Of a DNA stretch of 64,000 bases, positions 12,363 to 24,655 are shown piece after piece. This stretch comes from Octopus sinensis. Taxonomy: Eukaryota. Where the stretch lies: contig NC_043003.1 of NCBI RefSeq assembly GCF_006345805.1, positions 38,750,001 to 38,814,000 of the forward strand, given 5' to 3'. Every line of letters starts with the position of its first letter. Positions within the stretch are counted from its first letter, which is position 1. The notes below the pieces were generated by a model. It saw only the letters and a program-made list of their open reading frames with translations. It did no database searches and had not been told where the DNA came from. Made by a program: the position numbers and the translations under genes.

Positions 12363-15300
12363 TGCAGAAAGACCTGAAAAATATAAAAAGAGATAAAATA
12401 TGTATATAAGCTTCATAATTGTCGTTATTGATTTCTTTAAGGGAAGAGATGGTATTTAATCCAGTCTTACAAAGACTGCAGTCTGCAGAACTTTCTGGAA
12501 AATTACTTTGAGTTTTTTTAGTAGTGCAGCCCACCTCTATGATGAGCCATGTCTCATGCAGCTCACCTCTCAAAAATGTTTCCTATACCTGTTCTAATCA
12601 GTTCCCAGTTAATTACAGGTAATACTTACACTGACTTCTAATATCAGCAAAAAGTCACACCTTTCAGGGGAAGAGTATGATCAATTACATCAACCTAGTA
12701 TTTGACAAGTTACTTATTTTACAGATGCTGAAAAGAAGAAAAGCAAAATAAGCCTTCACAAGATTTGAACTCAGAACATAAAGGACTATACCTAAATACC
12801 ACAAAGCATTTGTTTGATTCTGTGATGTTTCTGCCAGTTCACTACTTTATCATATTAACTGCAGCTCTGACAGGAGGGGTATGTAACCCTTTCATTACCA
12901 ACCTGGCCAAAACCGGCTCTGGCTCTGTAGTACAGATGTCTTGTTTTCATAAGGTTTGTATTAAAATATGCCACCAAACCTTAGTCACAATTTATGTTCC
13001 TAACACTAGCTTAATGATAACTAAGTTATTTGACTAAATTCTTTGTTATATTTAAAATAATTGAAAGAAACACAGAGCATCTCAAAATAAATACAGTAAC
13101 GAAAGAGCTAAAGCCACAAGGATCATAAGAAAACACAGTCCAGATCTCTAATGATAACTCTCTCTACATTCAAATATTGTAGAATGTCATGGAAGATGCT
13201 GTGATGCTGCACAGCAGAGATAAACAGGCCCTAAATGGAAGCAGTGAAGTGATCATGTTCCATGGATATGTAATGTTCATAAATGAAAAAGTACAAATGA
13301 GCAGTCCATGCTGGTATGGGCAAGTGATGTATATGGAGCATGACAGCTGTATAAAGAACTGCAGGATATCCAAAGTTGATGGAATCTGTGATAGATGGAG
13401 ACCCAGGAAGATAAAATGGTGAAGATCAATCCCAGGATGCAGTACCTTGCTGAGGAGATGATAAAGACTAAGATGATTGATGAGACACAGTGTTGAGAAG
13501 GTCCATCCACTTGCGTAAGTATGGCGAAATGAACATCAAAATCATTAAAGATAGAGAGCAAAGATGGAAGCATCTGTATTTAGGTCTCCAGCCAATAGTC
13601 CCATCTGTTGCTGTCTCTGCTTCTTAATATCTTCTCATTTATCTTTCACTCACCTCTCTCCTTCTAACCAGTGTAATATACTAAGGTTGGTATGATCACT
13701 CTCCCATCCCAATCACTTTGATTCTACTGTCATACTCACATATCCTCCATCCATCTATCTTGACTTCTTCTGTCATCAGTCTTGCAACTACCCATCTTTC
13801 GTGTCTATACCCTGAATAAATGAGTACATCATATAGTGAGGACTTTTCTCTTAGAGGATATATGGCAACCTCACTAGTACTGGTGCAATGATAAAAAAGC
13901 ACCCAGTGCATTCTATAAATTGGTTGGCAAACAGGCAGAGACAATATAAACTTGAGAGGCTCCTTCAATCTTGTCAAGGACACAATAACCTCTCAAGTGC
14001 TGGTGCCATAATAAAATACATAAAAGTAGTTGGTGATAGGAAAGGTAGCTAACTATAGAAAAGATCTGATACTTTGATGTATCTAATTAGGCAACTCAGA
14101 ATAAGAACTGACTTGGACCATGACAATCCATCCAACCCATACTGAGATGGAAAACGAACATAAAATGATAACAACGATACATATACTTGTATATGTACGT
14201 ACGTACATATGTAAGTGTATATATACATACATATATATATATATATATTTCACCTCACTGGTGCCCTGTAAAAAGCACCCAGTACACTCGGTAAAGTGGC
14301 TGGCATTAGAAAGGGCTTCATCCAGCTGTAGAAGCCATGTCAAAATAGAAAATTGACCTTGGCCATGTCTTCTGACTTGTCAGATTCTGTCAAACTGCCC
14401 AACCCATGCCAGCATGGAGAACAGGTGTTAAATGATGATGATGATTGATACCTACCTACCTACTTACCTGCCTGCCTGCTTACCTACACACACTAGATCA
14501 TCTGATGGTTTCAGCTATTAACATCTAAGTCCTTTTAAAATTGAACATATTTGCCCATTCAAACTCAGGTTTATTGATTGGAATAAAAGGTAGCTTTACT
14601 GAAATTTTTTGGTAACATTTATCGAGGTGGATTTGAAATTGCAAGTTGCTTAATCTGGATTGAACAAAGATGAGTCAGTTGTGGTACAATTAGTGTGTTT
14701 ATTACCGTTTAGCCCCAGATCAGAGCTGATTCAGTAGTTGGGTGATAAAAGACATCCCACATCTGATCTCCCTAGCTTTTATTCAGACACATTATATCTG
14801 GGATATAATGTGTCCTGTTTTTTTTTAAGGCAATAGGATCAGTTGAGAGTGATTTGGTTGCTATTTCTAGCAGACGGAATGATGGCGTGGAGGGAATACA
14901 AGCCAACGTGGGAGCCTGTATGCGTTTGCTTGACCTGTTAGAAATAACAGCCAACCCTCCTTCGAACCATACGCTACTCTCTTTGAAAGAAGGACAAGTC
15001 CTTGAGAATAAGATGGGATGATGAAGGTTGGAACGTCCTTGGTCATAAGTTTGATTGATTGGGACTGATCTGGAACTACCACTCCTAACCAGGAACAGGT
15101 TCTCTCGTTGGCTCCTGGTATAATTATTATTATTGCAGACTGTTTTCTGTCTGCTCGTATTTAGACTACGAAATGGTTCGAATGTTGCCGAGTTCTAGTC
15201 CTGTCTCCCACTCAGGACCACCCATAGCTGCACTTGAATAAACAGAGATTTCGGAATCATTAGAATAAAATTTGAGTTACTCTTTTCATAGTTTGGACTG

Positions 15301-17821
15301 ACGATCGTAGGCGTTGAAGCTGTGATAATCCCTTCAGTTTGTTTATTTATGACTCTATTAGCCAATGTTTATCATTCTTTTGGACACTACCGTGTGATCT
15401 GAAGGATATTTTGCTGCTGTTTCTAGCAGGTCGAGTTAACCTGCTGCGGTTCATCGTCGGTTCGTTGAAAAAAATTTTGCACCCTTAAAAAGGGTATTAA
15501 GTGGGGGTACATGTGTGGATAGCAAAGGTGGTGGAGAGACTGACAAATTATCACATTTAATAAAATTAAGATCTTAATCTATTTTAAAAACTTGTCCAAC
15601 ATTGGGGCGAAGGAAGAATTGTTTGAATGCAAGCTCTATTTTCTTTTAATACAGACTAATACGCTGGGCAAAATTTCTTACCAAAATTGGCAGTAGTGGT
15701 GGTGGGGTATTTGTCAGTTTGAGAACCGGTACCATAAATGGCTTCGGTATTCCAAACAAACGGTTAGCTTATTGACTAAACTAAAATAAATTAGAACCAA
15801 TTTTCGTAAGTTTGCTATACCAACTATAACGTTTTTTCTTTGTATCTGCAGCGATTGAACTTAAGTTTAAATATAGAAAATAATAAAATAAAATAAATAA
15901 ATATCCACACATACATGTGACTATATCGATGCAGGTGTGTATGTGCACACAATACTTCGTGTGCACATGTGTGTGCGTGTAGTTTTGTAATTCTAATAAG
16001 CACTGATTTGGCAGATCTAATATTATAACTACGGCGTTTCGAGATCGTGTATCTAAGATGTACATTATCGAATGTGTCCTTCCGCTTTGAAGATTGTAGG
16101 ATATTATTTGAAAAGAGAGTCGGTTGATAGCTGCCAAGAAGTAGAATGATCCCGGAAAGGAATCCGCGTTGACTCATGGAAGTAGGTAAATGAAAATGCA
16201 TATAAGGAAGTTCCCAAAACTGGAAATGCTCAGCCAAGGTAAAGACGATCAGAGTACCCCAAAACTTTTAATGAAAATAAACTGAACAATTACAAACACA
16301 TACACTATATATGTATATATATATACACACAAGGTATACATATAAGATTACCTGAAAGTGTGCTGAGTACATAAATTTGACGTCAATCAACAACAATGCC
16401 AAGTGTTGGAGCAATAAACTTTACTTATTTCTTTAATATTTTGGAAATTAATTTCCACCTCATGGTTAGAGCAATGAGTTATCTCCCCTGCATCAGTACT
16501 ATCCGGTGAATGTTCGTTGTTGTTACTGTTCAGGAAGAACGAACGCAGAAGGAAGTATTTGGATGATTGTTCGATTGAAATTGCCATTAAATCTCCCCGA
16601 AAACGACACCTTGCTGTCTTTAAAATGACTAATAATAATAATAATAAATGCCCTGGTGCAATACTACGCAGTGACTGGTGGTTTCTGATCTTAACTGATT
16701 GGAAGCGTTAACGTGTACATATTTTGTCTTGGTGCAAAGGATGGGCTACAGCAAATATTCTGCTCAATACCGGATACTTGCTTGTCAGTTGCTTCACCAT
16801 AACCAGTTGAGCATGTCCTTTAGTGGTTGAGCTGGCAGAAACGTTGGCACGCCGGGCGAAATGCTTTGCGGTATCTCGTCCGCCGAGGTCGACTTTGCTT
16901 TTCATACTTTCGTGGTCGATAAATTAAGTACCAGTGACGCACTGGGGTCGATACAATCGACTTAATCCGTTTGTCTGTCCTTGTTTGTCCTCTCTGTGTT
17001 TAGCTCCATGTGGGTAATAAAGAAATAGGTATGTACATCTCTGTTCACAAGCAGGAGTAGTGGGAGTGGGGGCATCATAGCCATGTGTTTAGATTCTTTG
17101 GAGTTTGAATAATTCACCCCGGGAAACATGAGTGTTTCGTTCATCATCCTTAAACAATTCTTATTCGGGGAACTTTTGAGTTGGATAGGTTACTTGACCT
17201 GAAGAAAATTCTAACTGGGCCCAAACTACAAGGTCATGGGTGTGATGCATGTCTGGTGTACCCTTATCGGACGGGTAGTCATGGTGGGTATACTGGACTT
17301 CGTATATTTGTACCCCAGCGTCACTTTTGATGGCGTGTGCTGCTCTCTCACCCAATGATAATGTTGTCTTAGATATACTATACTTGAATAAAAAAAAAAG
17401 ACCGGAATCGCCATAAGATATACTCTATGTCATAAACTAGGCAAAGGCAGCAAGCTGTCAGTATCGTCAACACATCAGACAAAATGCTTGGCGGCATTTC
17501 GTCCGTTTTAACGTTCTGGGTTCAAATTTCACAGAAGTTGATCTTGTCTTTCGTTCTTTCGGAGTCGATCAAATAAGTAGCAGTTGAACACTGGGATCGG
17601 TGTAATCGACTATCACCTCCCACCATAATTTCAATATTTGTGCCTATAGCAGAAAGGATTATAAAGTAGGTATTTGCACATATATACTTACAAACATGCG
17701 TATGTATGCGTCTATTCTATGTATATAACTATGTTTGAGTATACACCCCTATCACTGTACGTGTGTGTATATATATATATTAGAAAAAATGAGGTTCTCA
17801 GAAATTCGGATGGTTTTCGAA

Positions 17822-18066
17822 CCGCTAAGTCATTTTATCGATCTCGTTTGGTGAACCGCTATGTCGATCGTGTTTGTCGAAACGCTAAGTCATTTTATCG
17901 ATCAGTTTTGGCGATCCGCTAAGTCATTTTATCGATCTCGTTTGTCGACCCGCTCAGTCATTTTACCGATCTCATTTGGCGAACCGCTAAGTCGATCATG
18001 TTTGTCGAAACGCTAAGTCTTTTTATCGATCATTTTTGGCGAACCGCTAAGTCATTTTATCGATCT
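17822..18066. repeat. CpG-rich minisatellite with 34/26-bp units
   Basis: Units start at 17822, 17856, 17882, 17916, 17950, 17984, 18010 and 18044; consensus CCGCTAAGTCATTTTATCGATCTCGTTTGGCGAA. Confidence 0.9.
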
Positions 18067-19987
18067 AATGAAGAATTAGACTTTTTTGTTATATTTTCTG
18101 TAATGAACTGGAGTACCTATGTTTCGAATTTCATCAAAATTGCAGATGAGGGTTATTTCTCTCTTTACACACCCAAACAAAATTGTAATCGTGCCACATG
18201 TATCCCATACTACTGGTTTTTATGCGCATATTCCAAAATTCCAGTCTTATAGAACCTGTTAAAAGGATTTTGCTCCTGAAAAATGGAGGTCATGGAGCAC
18301 TAAAATGTGAGAGTTAACGCCCCAATTGGGGGTGGGCATCTTAATGTCAACCAGAGAAGTTGAATTGTTGAGAATCCTTTTAACTTGGGTCATATATCTA
18401 TTGTTTGAATTTCTTTGAAATAGGAAATATATGTTCACTGGATTTGTAAAAGAGAGCAAAGCTACAGGAAACCAAAAGACGAATGATCGCAATAAGCAGT
18501 CAGCTACAGTACCCTAGTCGTTACCACTCCCAATATAGTATTCCTCACCATGCAGGTGACAGGCACAGCCGTAAGATGCATTACGAATCTATAGCAATTG
18601 GAAGGGCGTGACCCAACTGAAATAAACATCAACAGTTGTGTGACGTGAGGACTAAGGAGAAATGAAAGTTGGAGTTTGCATAGTTGGAGTAACTGGACAG
18701 AATAAATATACAATCTATAAATGTCTTTGAATAACCAGTCACTCATCTGGGAAGGCTTTGAAATCAATGTTACCATGTGGGGACTATGCGTGACCCAGTG
18801 ATAATAAAAGGACTGAAAGGAGATCTGCAATCAAATAACTTTACTCAACACTTTGCAACTGAATCAGTGGAGGCAAAGATGCCTCTCATTTACTTGACGA
18901 TTTTTGCAGCACATTGCTGAAATCACAATCTAAGTGTATGTCAAAGCAAACTCTTACACTGTTGTACCATTGAATTATACATAATGCTCATCTTCTATGC
19001 TCGGATGACCCCACAGCTTCCAAGAGTACAACTATTCATCTTTGCTTAGATAAAATGACAAAATTGTGGGTGTTAAGTCCCCATGAAGGGGTCTTTCTAA
19101 CTTGTAAGAAGATGAAATTTTATAAATATTACTTCATTTGTATCTAATATCTATGGTTAAAATTTCATCAGCAGCAAAAATATATAAACTGTCATGGGGG
19201 TTGTGGCCCTTATGCATAGAATATAATTTCCAAATTACGTAAAGATCCATTCAGTACTTTTGACTTAGTTTTGGATCATAAAAGAAATGACTAAAATTTG
19301 GGAGTTAAGGCCCCCATTAGGGTGTCTTAGAATCCTCATGTGAAGTGGAAACTTTGTGAATACTTCTTGATGTGTGTCAATTACCCATGGTTGAAATTTC
19401 ATCAACATCGAAAATTTATGAATTTTCATGGGGTGGGGTTTCTGTCCCCTTTAAGCCATCTGAAATTCAAACCAAACATATTGCATTGTACCCACCCTTA
19501 TGCATTGAATCTAAGTTTCAGATATCATAAGGATCCATTCAGTAATTTTGGTCCATGAAATTGTATGAAACACACAGCATTACCCTTCTTCCTAGGCTTC
19601 GATTTTGTGTTCCAAATTTCATTATGATCGGTGCAGTAGTTTGCGGATGTATAAGTAATACACGAACACATAAATACATTGTCTTTGATATAATAAAAAT
19701 GAATGTACACATATACATACATGTCTATATATATGTGTGTGTGCGTGTGTGTGTATTATATATATATATATATACACACACGAAGATAAATTGATAGATA
19801 CAACTGAGTGGGCAAACAAAAATATGAGACACAGCGTAGTGCTTTTTTTATGTTGATAAGCCTAGTACTTATTCTATTAGTTTCTTCTTGTGAAACCAGT
19901 AAGTTATGGGGATGTAAGTAAACGAACTGCAGTTGTGAAGCAGTGATGAGGATGAAACTCAGAAACAAAGTCACACACATACACTTA

Positions 19988-20228
<241 letters not shown>

Positions 20229-20525
20229 AAAGATAAATTGTATGGGCAAACACAAATATGAGATGCTGCCTAGAGTTTTTTTTTATTTTGATAAGCCTAT
20301 TCTATCAGTTTCTTCTTGTGAAACGAGTAAGTTATGGGGATGTAAATAAACGAACACCAGTTGAGAGGCAGTGATGAGGGAGAAACACAAAGACACACAC
20401 AGACTTACGTATATACATACATATATATATGCAATTGATTTCTATCAGTTTCTGTCTACAAAATTCACTGGTTGGTCTGAGACTATAGCAGAAGACACAT
20501 GCCAAGTCACCACACAGTGGGACTG

Positions 20526-20818
20526 AACCCAGGACCATGTGTTTTGGAACGAAGTTTGTTACCACACAGCCACGCCTGCACCTATGTATGCGTGTGTGGT
20601 TGTGTATGGGTTTATATATGTATGCATGTATATATGTGAATATATATGTGTACATATTACATGTACATCTATATATATACATACATGTATACATATACAT
20701 CTATATGTATAGAAATAAATGTATACATATACAGCTATACACACATACACACACATACATAGGTGTAGGTGTGGCTGTGTGGTAACAAACTTCGTTCCAA
20801 AACACATGGTCCTGGGTT
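20526..20818. repeat. Local inverted duplication (65-bp arms, 63/65 identical)
   Basis: 20526-20590 vs the reverse complement of 20754-20818. Confidence 0.9.
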
Positions 20819-21902
20819 TAAATTTAAATTTAAAATAATAATGGTGAGAAATTGAATATTAATTTGATTAATATGAATTGAAAACCAGTGGTGTAGCATT
20901 TAAGACCATAGCGGATCTTCTTCTAGCAAAATGGATGTCCACTGTTAAGGGTTCATCCCTCTTATATAATAATTTTACTTTAATAGTTTCAGTATTAAAG
21001 TGAAAGTATCTGACATTACAATAGAAAGATGTTTTTGTTTCACTTAAACACGTAATACTGAAATAGTGGAGAAGATATGATATTACTGTGGGCTCGCCCT
21101 AGGCAAGAAGTTAGACACTACATGGACCCTAAGTAAGGCATGTGTAAAATTTGAATGAAATTGGTTGTGTAGTTCTCAAGTTTTAGGGATTCACACAGAC
21201 ACGCATTCTCAGTTTTATATATATAGATAATACGACTAAGTTGATTTCATAGATTGCTTTTTCCTTCGTATCTTCTGCTGTGAATTTTATCCAGTTTAAT
21301 AATTTTGAAGAACAATCGAATTTTAAGATAGCGCCTTTATGATAGTTTGTTGACGGCCTTTTCTCAATTATTAACAATTATTTGTTTGCCTTTCCATTTT
21401 CTATCAATGTTGTCTGCTTTCTTTGTTCGCTATATTGTGTGTATAAAGTTCGAAAGGTCGCATACACCCACTCATATATATGTATACATAAGCATTATAA
21501 ACATTCCTGAATGGAACTTTTAATGATCTACGGTAATTTAAACTAAAGCATTCATTTCTCTCTATGTTGTATAAATACATGTCATAATCTGACCCGGTAC
21601 CAGCCTGTCTATCCTTTTATTCTATTATACACATTGCTTCAACTTATCCATAGATATCATTTTCTTCTTTTATATGACCAACAAGTAGAGGGATAACGCG
21701 GTAAAGGAAGACATGTCCTTAGATATAAGGACAAGTTGAAGCAATCACTAAAATCTCTACAACTTAATTTGACATCTTGGGAAAGTTTTGCCTAGAGTGA
21801 TCTTCATGGATCAAATCTGTTATGATGCATCAAAACAATTTGAGTTGAAGAAACAGAGCAAGAACAGAAAATATCCTGCAATCAACAGACATATTTGTCT
21901 AA

Positions 21903-22192
21903 TCTTTATATATAAAAGTAAGGTTGTGTGCTGTCTGTCTCCTACGATTTAGATTCCTAACTACTCCCACATTTTGCGGTGCAGTTTAACCAAAACCGGG
22001 TATCTTTTTGGCATATATAAGGGAAGTAACTCTCTAAAAATTTATTATTAAATCTCAGAACGTAAAAAGCTACAGTAACCCCCCCCACTTGTGGTTAGCC
22101 ATATTGAGATGACTATTATACTTTACATCTCTAAAAATGCTTATATAGTTATTTCCCTTACAAACCCGAGCAACGCCGGGCGATACTGCTAG
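21903..22192 (+). mobile_element. Non-autonomous Helitron-like element
   Basis: 5' TC (TCTTTATATATAAAAGT) after A; 3' imperfect hairpin CCCGAGCAACGCCGGG then CTAG followed by T, i.e. an A|T target with no TSD. Confidence 0.75.
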
Positions 22193-22628
22193 TCCTATAT
22201 AAAATTTAAATTATCGGGTCTTCATTGTGACTTCAATGTAAAATCCAAACCAGAACTCAAATTACATTCACGCATCCATCGCAAATAGACGTAGTGTAGG
22301 GCAGAATTCGTGACAGACGAACTGTGGACAGAGGCTTCGCTACGGGCCAGCTAGCAAAAGAAAAGGGACTTTCGGGAGAAGAAGGAAAATAAGAAAGAAT
22401 GTCAACAGTGAGTGTGAAACGAATCTGAGTGAACTAAACAAATAACTGACGACTTAAGCCCTGATGTACGTAAAGTAATAAACCTTTGATAAATTTATTC
22501 TCGTCTCCATTAGTTTGTTTGCGCATAGCTTAACAAAGCTATTATAAGTTTCTTTTATTTTAAAAATCTTTTCTTTTAAACAGACATACGTCGAAATCGA
22601 CAGGAGTGACCATCACACACACGAAGAA

Positions 22629-22777
22629 CAGTAGCGTAGCTAGGAGTGGACAAGGTGGAGGGGGAGGCACTTTTGGGTTTGCTGTACAAAGTTATATAGG
22701 TGGCATGAATGGGTGGGGGCGTTGGGCAGCAAACTCAAGGGCTGCCTCGGGTGGCACATACTCTAGCTACAACACTG
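22629..22777. mobile_element. Small hAT-like MITE
   Basis: Imperfect 15-bp TIR CAGTAGCGTAGCTAG / CTAGCTACAACACTG; 8-bp TSD not convincing. Confidence 0.45.
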
Positions 22778-22923
22778 ATGAAAGCATGGCTGGTTGGTTA
22801 AGAAGTTTGCTTTGCAACCACGAAGTGACTCCTTCGGCAAGTGTCTACTGCAGTAATCAAACGTAAAATTGTCCATTCGGGGGTTTCATATATGGAAACT
22901 GTGCGTAAACCGATAGTTATATG

Positions 22924-23335
22924 GGATCTTTTCGGTTTGAACGGCAGTTTTTAACATAATTTCTAGGTAACTAAAAAAATTTAAACTTCATATACTGGTA
23001 GAATGTATTTATAAAACATCTTTTTCTCTTGGCTTTATTGAAAAAATTCTATAGTTTGTAAGATATTTGTTGTTGTTTTTCTTCAATTTCTGCAATTTCA
23101 ACCAAACAGTGACGTCTATTGAGGTAAAAAAAACATTCTGTGCTGTATGAATATGTCTCTCGTTTAAGAAACAGATTGGGTTTATTTACATTTGTGAAGA
23201 AAAAAAGCTACCCTTCCCCCCACCCCTAACACTAAAACAGATTGAAGTGCAATAGATCGATACTAGGGTCATAATTATAGGTACAATTTCATATGACACC
23301 GCTAGAAAAAACTGCCGTTTAAATCGAAAAGATCT
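22924..23335. mobile_element. MITE with about 29-bp terminal inverted repeats
   Basis: GGATCTTTTCGGTTTGAACGGCAGTTTTT ... AAAAACTGCCGTTTAAATCGAAAAGATCT; a second copy ends at 1-116 in the opposite orientation. Confidence 0.8.
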
Positions 23336-24519
23336 GTTATATGTGTGTGTGTCTTTGAGTTTGTCTCTCACTGCTTCGCAATTGGTGTTGGTTTGTTTAC
23401 GTACCCAGCAAAAAAGTGACATTTAAAATTATGACCTGACAGAGTCAGTTTGATTGAACCGCTCAGGTGGCGTCTCAGCATAGCCGCAATCTAATGACTG
23501 GAACAAGTTTGGTTGAATAAATCGTCGGGAGAAACTTGAAGGTCCACTCAAAACGAATTTGTAATAAAGTTGATTCTACTTTTAGTATATTGAGTCTCCA
23601 CCCACTAAATGTTCTGCTCTTATGATTCTTTAAAAATGATCACACCCACACACTATTTATAATCTGTATGCATGATTGTGTGTCTGTTGGAACATTCACT
23701 TAGTAAACGGAAAGAAAATGCGTGCGAAACTTATCGATAAAAGAGGTAATGTGTATAAAAAAAAAACAAACAAAAAAACTTGTCATTCCCGTTAACTAAT
23801 ACACGTATTATTACACGCCTCAATTCAAGAAGCAGCGAGTAATTAATGTTTTCATCGGAGTTTACATTAATAACTACGAACACTGTTTGGGAAATTCTCA
23901 GAAGTTGAATTTTCTGTAATTTCATTACGGAAAGCGTACTTCAAATTAATGCAGTGCACAGGAACAAATAATTTCGAATACTTCGGTTATTTAAAATTTT
24001 AAATGTTTACTGTTACAATGAATAGCTGCTTGTCTGATGGGTTCAACCATCTCAAAAATTACTTTTGATGACTTAAAAATTCATTGGAATTTTAAGGATT
24101 TTACTTAAGAAAGAAAATTTAAAGAGTAAAATTTGTGGAAACTAAAATGCTTTTTCTCTTCGAGACAAGCACCAGACTGTAAATATTGATTTCTGCTTTG
24201 ATAAAGGGCAAGCACTATTCCCATTTCGCATAAAATCAAATAATTATTCCAGTAAATCACCAGTAGTTATCTATCAGCAGACAAGTAAAAATAAAAAATC
24301 TATATCGATAAGACTAGAACCCAAAATCTTGCAGTTCTCCGTTTTCGATCTTGCAGCTGAGCTAACATCTAATATCAATAACGGAGATTCTTCTCATTAA
24401 TTGTTAGAGTTGTATTTAAAATTATGAAATAGCCAGAATACGCTTTCATTTTTAAATATAGATACTGGATTAACGCAATCTTTGCTTTGAATGCAAAATA
24501 AACATTTTTTTGAGTGTTT

Positions 24520-24608
24520 GTTATGTGACCCGGTCAGGTGAGACCGAGCCCGGACCGGATGTAGAGTTGCTATTTTCCTAAGCGACCTGTCAGCTACAAG
24601 ATGGCGGC
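24520..24608 (+). promoter_or_regulatory. CpG-rich COPS3 core promoter/5' UTR with ETS-like and YY1-like motifs
   Basis: Local CpG enrichment; ACCGGATGT (24554-24562, ETS-like); CAAGATGGCGGC (24597-24608, YY1 consensus overlapping the start codon), typical of housekeeping genes. Confidence 0.6.
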
Positions 24609-24655
24609 ATCGTTGGAGCAGTATGTGACGACCGTAACTCATCTATCAGAGCAAG
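24601..24655 (+). CDS. COPS3: COP9 signalosome subunit 3 exon 1
   Basis: ATG...CAAG|gtgaga; MAASLEQYVTTVTHLSEQ(G), resembling human MASALEQFVNSVRQLSAQG; 55 nt. Confidence 0.9.

Noticed and set aside
17822-18066. CRISPR-like array
   Set aside because: No unique spacers; units are contiguous variants of one SINE-related sequence, there are no cas genes, and the context is eukaryotic.
18115-18140. Hammerhead-like UUGAUGA...GAAAC on the minus strand
   Set aside because: No stem II can form in the 5 nt between the core halves.
18700-18900. piggyBac transposase remnant (VGTMR / NNFT-like words)
   Set aside because: The motifs are in the wrong order and interrupted by stops; not supportable.
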